This document shows, piece after piece, positions 1 to 11,775 of a stretch of DNA of 64,000 nt. The stretch is from Malacoraja senta. Its lineage: Eukaryota. The notes under the pieces are model-generated. The model had not been told where the DNA came from. It did no database searches and worked only from the letters and a program-made list of their open reading frames with translations. The stretch covers positions 5,952,001-6,016,000 of the forward strand of contig CM075992.1 in NCBI GenBank assembly GCA_038087875.1, written 5' to 3'. The number at the start of each line of letters is the position of its first letter. Positions within the stretch are counted from its first letter, which is position 1. Both the position numbers and the translations under genes were made by a program.

Positions 1-317
1 TTGTGAAACATATTAGAAGTGCAAATTATGGTAAACGTCAATTGCCAATTACTGTAGACGTGCTATTGAGGAATAAGCTACCTCTGGGTCAGAAGCTCCG
101 ATTCCAAGAGGGCACCAAAGTAATTGAATTAGAAACGGTGATTGCATTTGTTTTGTGCTCACTTGTAGTCACGTCATTAAAACTTAAAACTGGACGATGG
201 TTTGAAAAAATATATACAAGCAACATGGGAGGTTTTGTTTGCCATACTTTTTGCTTGAATGCTTTTTAAAAACTGGATGCCTAATTTGTAGAAATTAAAC
301 AGCCTCATTTTCAACAG

Positions 318-423
318 ATGAAGAAAAGAGATGCAGGATTTGGGAGGAAGAGGAAAATGTCTACGGATAGTGCCGAGGAGCCAGAGAACAAACAGGCGAA
401 AACTGAAGATGGGTCCGATGCAG
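318..423 (+). CDS. AKAP8L: AKAP8L/AKAP8-like internal exon with basic NLS-like segment; the gene starts upstream of the window
   Basis: ttttcaacAG acceptor and GTATGC donor. Encodes MKKRDAGFGRKRKMSTDSAEEPENKQAKTEDGSDA, resembling the AKAP8 GRKRK...EEP NLS region. Ends in phase 1. Confidence 0.8.
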
Positions 424-1488
424 GTATGCTTGCATCCCACCTCAGCCAACTTCTCTCTCTTCACTTCTCTCTTCTGGAACCTTGAAATCATTGACTTTCC
501 TAGGTATGGCGGGCAAAATATTTTAATGCATGTAACACCATATTTAGCCCAATTCCATCATGTTGTTTTCACATGGACTTTTCTAATAAGGTTAACAAAA
601 TGGCAGTCAAGAGGTTTTCTTGTAAAGTCTTATGTATTTCCCCTCTCCACGTTCAAAGGGTGGCCAGTATTTGTGTATAAATTGTATAGGTTTTCCTCTC
701 AAATTTGATATTCATCTGTGTTTAAGTACGGATTGTACATTCAAGCCAATTTAATACTTTAGTTCCTTGCTTTAAAAAAAAATGTCACTGATGCCCTCTT
801 CTTAATTCGGTACTGTACGAGTGACTGTCATATGCATCTATTCCAAATAAGGCCTGTTCATCCAAGGCTTCGTGTCATAGCAAGGTGGGTCACAAAGAAT
901 TGTGAAACTGCTGTTATTCCCCCCTATTTGGTGTGCAACTGCAAGCGGTGATCCGAGGTTTGGTGCAAATTTGCAGTTGTGGACTAGAAATGTCATTGTA
1001 TTGTTGTCCATTAAGTAGGTTTGACTGTGATTTCTTTTGTTTTAACTGGTCTGAATAGAGAAGGAAGATAGTACAGTTGACTGCAACACCCCGGTAGGAG
1101 GGGGAAAATTGTTGTGTTCCTTCATTTATTAAAATAGAGTGGCTTTTGGAAGTTCATAATGATGCTGGGGTAGAGTCGTGTACAGACCAACAGTCTATTA
1201 GAAATTTGTCTTTATCACTAAACTATTTTAATAGCTATGGGAATTGCTAACTTGTGTAAGATTTTGCTGCAGCTAGTCAACAAATGATATATTTAGCTTG
1301 CCTGGTTTTGATTTGCACAATATTTTGCTGTATCTTAAACTCTCACAGATTTGTTACAGATTGAGGTTTTTTTTTAAAGGCTCTTAAATATTTGATCGCA
1401 ATTATTGTTCAATTTTAATAGACTATCCCGTGAAATTCATGAAACTTATTATTAGTTTTGTATACAATTGTCCTGTGTTTTGTTTCAG

Positions 1489-1523
1489 CGGAAGATGATG
1501 GCGCTGAATCTGGTGATGGCGGT
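1489..1523 (+). CDS. AKAP8L: AKAP8L-like 35-nt microexon (acidic linker)
   Basis: tgttttgtttcAG acceptor and GTAAGT donor. Phase 1 to 0, encodes (A)EDDGAESGDGG, and keeps frame between its neighbours. Confidence 0.7.
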
Positions 1524-2469
1524 GTAAGTAATATCTAGATGCTATTATTTTGTATTACCTTAAAAGCACAACTTGTCTGCAGTATGATGAAGAAATTGGC
1601 CCATTTCGTACAATTTGAGTTAAGTTGTGCATGGTTTGAAAAATGCACTAAACTGTAGTTAGTACAAAAGAGTTTGAACAGTTCACAAGCTTGCTTCTGC
1701 CATCTTGTGGTGGAGAAGGAGAAGGAGAAGTGAAAGACAATTCTTGGACCTACCAGTAATTAAAATCATGTATCGGACAACATCTGAATGTGCCAGAGGG
1801 TTGGTTTTTAATGCTCATCTTTTAAAAGGGAGATAGAGGTAAATCAAGTAATTACAAGACAATTAGTTTCCCTTTAAAGAAGGGAAAAGTATGGGAATCC
1901 ATTTTGAGATAAACCTTCATTTTGTGATTGATAGAAGGATTAAATTTGAGGATGCTAGTTATTTGCTCAAAGGGTGGTAAGGATATGAAAGAGTGGAGGA
2001 GACAAAAAAACTAATCACATTTGAACAATGCTTGGGTGCGGATTTGAACACCCTGACCTGCAAAACTGTGGAGTTTATGCTGAGACCAGGCAGGAGAGCT
2101 CTCAGATATGATGGGCCAATGAGCCACTGGATAGATTTCCTATGATTTCATCTTAATGTGGGTGACCTGAATACTCGGTCGACCTGAATACTTAGTTGTG
2201 TTGTGATCAGTAGACCTGTAGCAGTCCTTGCTTTTCCTGTGAATCCAGCTGAGTAAATTACTCTGAACCTGGTATGGGATTGATTGTGGAGGTAGCTTTG
2301 CTGTCAATCCTTGCACCATACCACCACCATAGTGGAGAGGTTTGGAGAAACTCTACATTTACAGGCTTCACAATTTTTAAATGGTTAAATGTAGAATATA
2401 CGTTTCTAATATTGTTAGTTAAAGCATGGGAGCACGGATAGGTTTTAAAATTATCTCTTTTAATTCCAG

Positions 2470-2512
2470 ACTGGCGATGGTAAGGATTCTGAGGACAAGA
2501 AACCAAAGCGCT
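2470..2512 (+). CDS. AKAP8L: AKAP8L-like small exon
   Basis: ctcttttaattccAG acceptor and GTAAGA donor. Phase 0 to 1, encodes TGDGKDSEDKKPKR, frame-consistent with both flanking exons. Confidence 0.7.
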
Positions 2513-3276
2513 GTAAGATCAATATGTTTTAAATGTGACATTCTCAAAAACAGTTTTCCTTCCTTAAACCAAAGGGGTATTTTTTTTGTTCAATGTTCCA
2601 TCTGGGAAGAGTGGCATATAAGTATCTTGGGTTATTTGGTGTTTTTGTTTGTTGAATAAATGATTAGGAATTAGAGTTATCTTGAAGACTGAGTATTGCA
2701 GTTGAGGAGGTGCGAGAATTGAGGTGCTAGAACTAGCATTGCATTTGAGGATGTTGTAGACGTCTTAAGGTGTTTGAAGGTGGATAGAACTTCTTGGCCT
2801 GATCAGAGAGATCCTCTCGCATCACAAAGATGTGGTTTAGTAGGTTAACTGGCATATATATGAATTGCCTGAGTGTGTAGAGAGTGAACATAAAGCTAGT
2901 GTGAAAGGGTGATCGATGGTCAGCGTGGACTCAGTGGGCTTGTTTTCATTCTGTACCTTAATTTTGTTTTGTAAACAATCCAATTGTTTTGTAGATAATC
3001 TGTATAAGTGGCTTACCGTGTAGAAATGGCAAGTTATTAAAACACACACACATAATTTTAACAGTTTTAATAATAAGTGACAGTCAAATGCAAAGTAGTA
3101 ATCACTGTGTGAGGTATAAAAAAATCCTTGCACTTGAGCTACCAAATCAACAAAGCTTAAAAATTGGTCACTTTCAGTTAAGTCAGAAATGGATCTAGAC
3201 ATTGGAGAGGAGGGGGAATTGGATAGTAATTTTAAAGGTTGATTCATAATGGCTGAAGTCCTTAGGCAGGTGGTTA

Positions 3277-4240
3277 GATACATAGAAAATAGGTGCAGGA
3301 GTAGGCCATTCGGCCCTTCGAGCCTGCACCGCCATTCAATATGATCATGGCTGATCATCCAACTCGGTATCCCGTACCTGCCTTCTCTCCATACCCCCTG
3401 ATCCCTTTAGCCACAAGGGCCACATCTAACTCCCTCTTAAATATAGCCAATGAACTAGCCTCAACTATCCTCTGTGGCAGAGAGTTCCAGAGATTCACCA
3501 CTCTCTGTGTGAAAACGTTTTTTCTCATCTCGGTCTTAAAGGATTTCCCCCTTATCCTTAAGCTGTGACCCCTTGTCCTGGACTTCCCCAACATCGGGAA
3601 CAATCTTCCTGCATCTAGCCTGTCCAACCCCATAAGAATTTTGTACGTTTCTATTAAGATCCCCTCTCAATCTCCTAAATTCTAGCGAGTATAAGCCAAG
3701 TCTATCCAGTCTTTCTTCATATGAAAGTCCTGACATCCCAGGAATCAGTCTGGTGAACCTTCTCTGCACTCCCTCTATGGCTATAATGTCCTTCCTCAGA
3801 TTTGGAGACCAAAACTGTACGCATTACTCCAGGTGTGGTCTCACTGCACAACTGCAATAGAACCTCCCTGCTCCTATACTCAAATCCTTTTGCTATGAAA
3901 GCTAACATACCATTCGCTTTCTTCACTGCCTGCTGCACCTGCATGCCTACTTTCAATGACTGGTGTACCATGACACCCACGTCTCGCTGCATCTCCCCTT
4001 TTCCTAATCGGCCACCATTTAGATAATAGTCTGCTTTCCTGTTTTTGCCACCAAAGTGGATAACCTCACATTTATCCACATTATACTGCATCTGCCAAAC
4101 ATTTTCCCACTCACCCAGCCTATCCAAGTCACCTTGCAGTCTCCTAGCATCCTCCTCACAGCTAACACTGCCCCCCAGCTTAGTGTCATCCGCAAACTTG
4201 GAGATGTTGCCTTCAATTCCCTCATCCAGATCATTAATAT
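3277..4240 (-). mobile_element. 5'-truncated young CR1-clade LINE (C-terminal part of RT ORF2 plus 3' tail), frameshifted
   Basis: ORFs 3717..4127, 3536..3769 and 3355..3633 give WQMQYNVDKCEVIHFG, RRLRGDL and FTQRVVNLWNSLP. Near-identical to 25640-26541. Confidence 0.93.
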
Positions 4241-4601
4241 TCTGGATGGGGAATACACAGCTTGGTTAACATCAGGTGAACCCTAAAGTTCAGCGGACTA
4301 GGTACTTTGTTTTACTCTAGCAGGGTGGGAATATCAGATTCTCGTTGTTAGTCATCGCTGGAGTATTGTGTAATGGTGATAATTTATTCAGCTTTGTTTA
4401 AAATTGATCACTAACTAGTTAGAGATGGTTGTATCTTCAGGAGCAGTAGAGATGGAGAGCTATGTCGAGTGATATGGATGTGGATCTAGTTTTGTATTGG
4501 CCAGTCAAACTACTAACTGATGTGTGAAGATGAGTGTAGAGGAGCTGTGTACGTATTTGTTGATTTTTTTTGTGCTGAATTTTGTGGTTTGTTTTAATCA
4601 G

Positions 4602-4668
4602 TTCCCACAATGCAAGAAAAGAAGAAGGCAAACAAACCAAAAAAAAATCGGGACCGTCTTGCAGAAAG
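4602..4668 (+). CDS. AKAP8L: AKAP8L-like exon preceding zinc finger 1
   Basis: gttttaatcAG acceptor and GTGATT donor. Encodes (F)PTMQEKKKANKPKKNRDRLAE(R), matching the basic RDR..DR/ER motif before the AKAP95 finger. Phase 1 to 2. Confidence 0.8.
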
Positions 4669-4761
4669 GTGATTGTCAACGGTGTAGGAAGAAATTCCTC
4701 GACTCTTGAGTTATTCACTCCGGGCAGTCCTTGCCTTGACATGCATATCTTTCTGTTGCAG

Positions 4762-4903
4762 GATAATGTATGCTTGCTCTGTTTGCAAGTTTCGTACCTT
4801 TGAAGATGAGGATATTACTACCCATGTGGACAGTAAATACCACAGTGAAACTTTCAAATTCATTGCGTCCAAACTAGACCAGCAGACAGCTGACTTTTTG
4901 CAT
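4762..4903 (+). CDS. AKAP8L: AKAP95-type C2H2 zinc finger 1 exon
   Basis: Encodes IMYACSVCKFRTFEDEDITTHVDSKYHSETFKFIASKLDQQTADFLH. ttctgttgcAG acceptor and GTATGT donor. Confidence 0.92.
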
Positions 4904-5111
4904 GTATGTATTGTGGTTCTTTTCAATTTTGGAAAAAGCAGCTGTGCTACAGAAAAATAATGTGATGTCTAAATACTTCTAAATATGCTTGTGTATGAAT
5001 AATCAATGTGCAAATGTTAATTGAATAGTAGAGGAAAGGTCTATACCTTATAATTTTTCTAATAAATGCAGTAGCAATATCCTGTGTGCATAATATCTGA
5101 ATCTGTTTTAG

Positions 5112-5217
5112 GAATACATCTTGAACAAGATTCAGAAAACGCAGAAGCGTCGAGAGCAAATTGGAGATAAAACAATTCTGAAGAAGCAGCTAATGCAGCA
5201 GCAAGATTTACTGCAGG
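5112..5217 (+). CDS. AKAP8L: AKAP8L-like inter-finger exon
   Basis: Encodes EYILNKIQKTQKRREQIGDKTILKKQLMQQQDLLQ. ctgttttAG acceptor and GTAAGT donor. Phase 0 to 1. Confidence 0.88.
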
Positions 5218-5329
5218 GTAAGTTGTAGAACATTGGTTTTATAGCTAACATAGATTGGTTCCTACAACCTCTTTCTTGGTCCTCTCCATCAGAATGTAGG
5301 CTGTTTCTTGAGGATTATCGAACTGTGTT

Positions 5330-5685
5330 AGAGTCATAGTCCCACTGCACGGAAACGGCCTTCAGCCCAACTCGTTCATTCCTACCAAGGTGCCCCATCT
5401 AAGCTAGTCTGCGTCTCTAAACTAGTAAACTAATCCCATTTGCTTGCATTTGGCTCGTATGCCACTAAACCTTTCCCATCCATGTACACGTCTAAATGTC
5501 TTTGAGCATTTATATTCCCTCTTTCTAACCTGTCCATCAACTTCACAAGGTCAGTTAACCCACCAACAGGGTTTTGGGAAGAAGACGGAGCACCCTGGAA
5601 ACGCACGTGGCCACAGGGAATGTGCAAACGCCAGATCAGCGTGCAAGAGCTTTGAGGCAGCAGCATCGCATGCTGCTCCACAGCT
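5330..5685 (-). mobile_element. Degenerate V-SINE / CR1-tail SINE
   Basis: cacggaaacggccttcagccc tail and ggagcaccctggaaac...cacagggaatgtgcaaac body. Confidence 0.6.
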
Positions 5686-5727
5686 AGCTTCTTGACTGCA
5701 TCTAATCATTCATAATTTCTATTGTAG

Positions 5728-5858
5728 ATGTTGGCTTGGACCACTTCATGAAGAAGATAGAGGCAGCGCATTGTGTGGCCTGTGACCTTTTTATACCAAT
5801 GCAGAATGCTCTCCTTGCGCGTCATCTGAAAACTGGTGACCATGGCTGGAACCGCAAG
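5728..5858 (+). CDS. AKAP8L: AKAP95-type C2H2 zinc finger 2 exon
   Basis: Encodes (D)VGLDHFMKKIEAAHCVACDLFIPMQNALLARHLKTGDHGWNRK. ttctattgtAG acceptor and GTAAGT donor. Confidence 0.92.
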
Positions 5859-7115
5859 GTAAGTGGTACAGAGAGATGGAGGGCGGATTTGAAGATCATT
5901 GATGTAGAAATCCAAATTGGGTTAATGTTTACAAAGTAACATGGGGAAAACACAACAAAAATGTTTTATTGTGATGTTATTTTCATAAGCCTAAACACAT
6001 AAATTGATTATGAGAATTAAGCCAATTTGCAACTGATTAAGCCACTTGACCCTTGAATCCATCTCTGCCATTCAATAAGATAATCTTTTGATGGCAACCT
6101 TGATCTCGACTTGGGGTTGCTTGCTGTAACTTCATCCTCTTTGCAAACTTATCTATCCCTCTGCCTTAGATTCAAAAATTGTTTCCAGTCTTTTGAGAGT
6201 TTGTAGGTTTAAATTATTACAACAAATGAGTGTGATCATTTTGTACTAAGTTAATCTTCAATTCTGCTTGAGGGATTTGTTTAATTCACAGAATTTAGAC
6301 ACAAGGAACTGCAGATGCTGGAATCTTGCCTGGAACATAGTGCTCGCGTAACTCAGTGGGTCAGGCAACATCTCTGGAGGACCCAAATCGTCACCTCCAG
6401 ACGTGCTGCCTAACCCGTTGAGTTACTCCACTTTTACATGGTGTTCTGTGGTGCACAGAATTGTTATATCGCTGGTGTAACATTTGAGGTACATAGGAAG
6501 TCCATGAAAACCAATTATCTTCTCATATAGCTTCTAATTAAGTTTATTCTCCTGTTGCTGCTGATATAATGTGCTCAGGTCTTGAACAATACTGCATTTT
6601 CATGGAACCTGATTTAAAAATAATGCTCTCTAAGTACATTGGCATCAGTTAGCCCCCTTCACTATCTCGGAAATCATTCTTAACTGGTTTACAATTATTT
6701 ATTACTCAAATACATTATATTTTTTCCACTTATGTGGTACTTCCTTGAATTTGCTTTCTATGGGTTTCTGAAATTGGGCCCGAGTTTACCTGTAGAGAGG
6801 TTACAAATTTAATTGAAGAATGGAAGGTACATTTTATTCTCCTAAATGGAATCAAGTACCTCGAAGGCTTCATCTGGGAGTGGCGTAGGTAAAGATATTG
6901 TCCAGCATCTCTACACCTAAGATTCCAATATGGCCTATTCTATAATGTGATTTTAAATAGTATTGGGGTTGGTCCTTTTCTTGATGTGTAAAGAAAAGGA
7001 ATACTTTGTATCTACTAATTACAAGATTCAAAACAATATAAACACAGAAATCTAATTTTAAAGTAGCTGTCTTTGTTCCTGGCTTCTCGTTTACTGTTCT
7101 TTGCTTCCTCACCAG

Positions 7116-7211
7116 ATAATGTTGGAGAAAGCCAAGAAGGGCAGCCTAGTTGTCGCTCGGAGTGTCCTGAACAACCGCAACATTGCAGCAATGCTAGAAA
7201 AGTATAAAAAG
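7116..7211 (+). CDS. AKAP8L: AKAP8L-like penultimate coding exon
   Basis: Encodes IMLEKAKKGSLVVARSVLNNRNIAAMLEKYKK, the family motif SL.VA(R/K)S(V/I)LNN. Strong pyrimidine tract, 96 nt, phase 0-0. Confidence 0.92.
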
Positions 7212-8507
7212 GTACAGAGCTGGTCAAGTGTAATTTGGCTGCGTATTTTATTGCTTAGATAAAAAGTAATGTATGTTTTGATGGAAGGAACTCTTGGGGA
7301 AAACTGGTTGTGTCTTCTACTTTTGAAGCTTGTGGAGAATATGGTAGGTTGGTATCCAGTTGATCTCATGACCAGGCCTCGACCTTGCCCCGATCTTGAT
7401 GTTCTATGCCGGCCTCAACTCCTCTTCTGTACCTGTTCCCCAAAACCTTCAATTACTCCATCTTACATGTATCTTGATCCATTAAGACAGAATTCCAGAG
7501 ATTCACAGCTCTCAAATATTTTTTATGCTCAGTTTTAAATGATCTGCCCCTTTACCTTATAACTGTGTCTTTTCGTGATTCTCCCACTAGTAAACACATC
7601 TCAAATGTCAACCATATCAAAGCCCCTCAGGATCTTGTATGTTTGAATACGGGGACTTGTCATTCTTTCCGAACTCCAAGGAAGACGGACCAAAACTGTC
7701 CGGCTTCTCTTGATAAGGACAGCCCTCATCTCCGGAATTTCCTTCGGACCAAATCTCGGACCTAGAATTTTAGCACGTTTTCCAAACTTTCATAAAACCA
7801 TGTTGACTATGTTTGATTATATTCAGATTTCCTAAATAATTTATTTCATCCTTGATTACTGACTTGAGCATCTTGCCAATAGTGGGTGTTAAATTAACTA
7901 GCCTGGAGTTTGCTGATTTTTTTTTTCTCTTATTGAACAAGTGAGACATTACCTGTTTTGAAACATTTCGACCAACGGTCCTTGCCTCTGCAGCTGTTTC
8001 CTTTAAATCCTTGGATGCAGGCTGTTGAGTCCCAGCGATTGATTCTGTATAGCCACCAGTTCTGTTTTCTGTTGCTCCTGCTACCAGTTCACCTGGAACA
8101 ATTCCACCCTCATGCCATAATTGCCCTAATTTAAGTTGAAGTCGGTAGTTTTGGTCTTGTAGTATTCACCTTTAAACTACACCTGGAATTCTATCGTATT
8201 GTGGTCACGACCTACAAAGGAATATTTCACCACAAGATCTCTAATGCTTCCTCGTTACTCATGAGTAAATCCAAAATTGGTTCGTTCTATAACCTGCTGT
8301 TCCAAGAAGCAAATCCTGACACACTCACAAATTATTGTTCTGCAAAACCCTTGCCGGTTTGGTTTGTCTAATCAATAAGTAGAAATCTCCCATTGCAATT
8401 CCCTTCAAACATGCCCTAGATATCTCTCCATTTGTGCTCCGTCCAGTGTAGATGTTGGGGTTCTACAGACTATTCCCATCATCTTTCCCTGACTATCTAT
8501 TACAATG

Positions 8508-8782
8508 GGTGACACAGTTGTGCTGCTGGTAGAGCTGCTGTCCCACAGCGACCTAGGTTTGATCCTGACCTTGGGTGCTGTGTGTGTGTGGAGTTTGGAC
8601 ATTATCCCTGTGACCTCATGGGTCTCCTCCCACATCCCAAAGATGTGCAGGTTTATAAGTTAATTGGGGTCTGTAAATTGCTCGCTAGTGTGTTGGGAGT
8701 GGGATAACATGGAACTCGTGTGGATGGTCGACATGGATTCAGTGGGCTGAAGGGTCTGTTTCCATGCTTTATCTCTAAACTA
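8508..8782 (+). mobile_element. V-SINE (HE1-type), older copy within decayed CR1 sequence
   Basis: ggtagagctgctg...gatcctgaccttgggtgctg...cccacatcccaaaga...gggctgaagggtctgtttccatgct. Confidence 0.8.
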
Positions 8783-9550
8783 TCAACTGCCTCTGTATCA
8801 TGACTTAACACCGCTGATACTTTGATCAACCATCTTGCCCTTCCTCCTCCCCCTTTTGGTCATTGTATCACTTGGAATATTGAATACCCAGTCTTGGTCA
8901 CCCTGCAACTATATTCCCATAATGGCTATCAGATCATACTCTTGTTATCGATGCTGCCATCTATCTTATTGAAAATACTACAAGCATTCTAATAGACACT
9001 TTGATTTTGTTTTGTATGGATCTTGCTCTGTGCCATTTCCATTTTCTGCCCCAGCATGTTGCACAGCCAACGTGTGCCAGAAATATGGGTTGAAAGGTGT
9101 GAATGTAAAAATCATAGAGATGGCTTACAGATTGTGGAGGGTATATTTACCTCAATCCATATGATTATCTTTTTTGTTCCCTCTGCTTTGGGTTTTATTT
9201 TGTTTTTAGCTTTTTAAGAGCTTTGTTACTTTTCTGCGTGCTGTCTGAAACCCCTTTCCTCAAATCTTCAAGTTCTGATCTTCATACAAGTAGGAATACA
9301 ATAAAGTAGTTTGTGTGAATTCTACTTTTTGTCTAGATGAGAGGCTGATGATCCTTTTAGCTTAATCCAGATTTATTTTTTGGGGGAAACATCTTAACAT
9401 TTTCATTAATTCAGAGATGTGTGCATCTTTTGAGTTTTAAATTTTGTGATTATGGCATGAAAAAGCATTTTTCCATTTCTGGTCATAATGGAGCATTTGA
9501 ACAGCTGACCACTTTGATCCTGTTCTAATTAAAACGCCCTTCTTTTCCAG

Positions 9551-10021
9551 GGTGAGAACCCATTCACTGATGAGGACAAAGACGAAGAAGATGCTGGCGA
9601 AGAGACTGCTGAGGGCGAGGCTTTGAAAGATGCCTCCATGGAGGCCAAAGAAGGGGAGAATGAAGATAATGACAGCACAGTTAGAATAAAAGAAGTGGAT
9701 GACCCGTTAGAAGAAAACATTGGGGAGACGAGGAAAGAGGAGACTGTGGAGGGAACTGGGGAGGAAGCATTGGGACGGGGTTCAGGGGAGGAGGGTGAGG
9801 CAGCACTAGGGACCGACAGGGTGGAGACGGAAGAGAAAGGGCCTGGATGCGAGACAGAAGTGGAAGGGAAGAGAGATGCTGAGGGAGAGACGGTGCACCC
9901 AGCAGAAAGGGCTCTTGGGGAAACGGGGGGTGTGGCAGCAGCAGCAGAAGAGAGGGAGGTGGAATTGACAGCTGAAGAGGAAGATGAGATGCTGAAGGGA
10001 GAAGAGGAGCAATTGGAGTAA
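9551..10021 (+). CDS. AKAP8L: AKAP8L-like last coding exon (GENPFTD plus Glu-rich acidic tail)
   Basis: cctttcttttccAG acceptor. GENPFTDEDKDEEDAGEETAEGEAL continues into the 9623..10021 ORF and ends at TAA. Confidence 0.9.
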   Translation, partial: GENPFTDEDKDEEDAGEETAEGEALKDASMEAKEGENEDNDSTVRIKEVDDPLEENIGETRKEETVEGTGEEALGRGSGEEGEAALGTDRVETEEKGPGCETEVEGKRDAEGETVHPAERALGETGGVAAAAEEREVELTAEEEDEMLKGEEEQLE

Positions 10022-10220
10022 ATTTTAGGCTGATTTCTGCAAACATGCAGGTATAATTCTATCCCATACCAATTATTGAGGTTTATACTAGTTTAAGAAT
10101 TTCAGTGTTTTTAACTTGCCAGTAGATTTGTGTTCACTTGCTGTATTTCAGTTTCATCCCATGTGGCTGACAAAGTCAATTTTTCTCTCATCTTCTCACA
10201 TTTAATGTGAATTTTTTAAA

Positions 10221-10226
10221 AATAAA
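10221..10226 (+). promoter_or_regulatory. Candidate polyadenylation signal of the AKAP8L-like gene
   Basis: AATAAA 200 nt after the stop, followed by GT/T-rich sequence. ATTAAA variants occur further on near 10775 and 10979. Confidence 0.5.
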
Positions 10227-11775
10227 TTTGGTTTCTGTAATGTGATTAATGTGGTATTCAATTGACCCTACAAAGTTGAGGACTGGCATGAAGTTTGTTT
10301 GCAGTAACCTACGCTTAAGTGATCTGTAATTTGTACGATCTGGTGTCTTGATTCCAAGCCACACAACTAAGAATTATTACCATTTGGTCCATTAGAACAG
10401 TTGCTTAACTAAGATACTGGTTTAAATTTCTCATTTGGTTTGTGTACAGGTGAATTGTAAATATGCAGCAGGTAACTGGTTTATTTTGTTATATTAATTA
10501 GCTTCTGCATGAAGGTGGGTGGCACTTTTGAGCATGTTGCTTTGCTTTAGAGCTATAAATGCCAACATTGAAATTCATTGGATTGGTTTGTGAGCCTAAA
10601 TACTGCTTTCCCACAGGGTGTGGGCTTCCTCATAACAGTAACCTTTCCTGGTGAATCTAAGCCTGATTTGACTTTATTGAATTTGCACCTGTTTTCAAAC
10701 CAAATGCAGATCCACTTGCCTATGAGCCGTAGTGCTAGGTGATTCAAGTACACTTGAGTATTGAACAATGTTAAATTAAAAGCAGATATGGCTTAGCTCA
10801 GTTGGAATGTGTAGTTTCGCATTGTGTAATCTGCAGAAAGTAGCAGCATTATTTCCCTCCTCCCTGATTTATTCTGCCCTCGCTTTTCTATGCTATAGCT
10901 TTATTTAGGCTACTTATATGTACTTGAACTTTGTTTTCAATTTTATACACAACTGTAAATCAGTTTGTAGCACTGTCAATTAAAACTTCCAATGTATCCT
11001 CAGTGTCTTGGCTTTTAAATATAATCTTGTCCTAATAATTGGTCTGCTTCTGTCAGACCATTACACGAGTGAGATTTCGCATTTGTAGTGGGAAAATAGT
11101 ATTCTAGATGCCTGTTTAACTGGTTCCTTGATTTGCACGTGCTAATTTTTGTCTTGAATAGCTTAATGATATCATATTTACATGGACCAAAAGTTTGGCT
11201 AATAGTTGATGGCTAATTTAAGGACATTAATAACACTGAGATAACTATGTTGGAGTGGAGGCTCTTTCAGAGGATGAATATGGTCTTTGTACTGGAAAGG
11301 AATATTGGATCATAATTGAATCACAGGATGGCAGGGTTCCTGATTTAGCTTAAGTGAAATTGTATGGCAAAAGCAATCTTTCTAGAGCAGCTAGTCACTT
11401 TGGAAGGATATCACTTGTGTACACAATTTGAACATGGAACTGCCACAAATAAGAGTTAAAGATCTTGTCTCGTATTTTTAGTAAAAGCTTTCCCAGCTTC
11501 ACTTGTAAAAGACTAAACAAAAGTAAAGTTCAGAAGAGATTTATAGTATAATTGGGAAGCCATTTCCTAATCATTCATAGGTGAGAAGGTTAGAAACTGC
11601 AACATAACCTCTGTTTTGGATGATGGCATCAGTGGTATCGTTAGAGTTGAAATTAATCTGGACCTGCACTGGAGCAATTTAAAATTGCAAGTACAGTACA
11701 CATCCTTACAAATTTTCACTTAAGCAGGGTACTGTGTTCAAGGTCTAACAAACTAAATTTACCAGTCTGAACATT

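Noticed and set aside
1586-1660. Box C/D snoRNA (ATGATGA) in an AKAP8L intron
   Set aside because: No suitably placed CTGA box D or terminal stem.
9681-10046. Pro/Leu/Ser-rich antisense ORFs
   Set aside because: Reverse complement of the purine-rich acidic AKAP8L exon.
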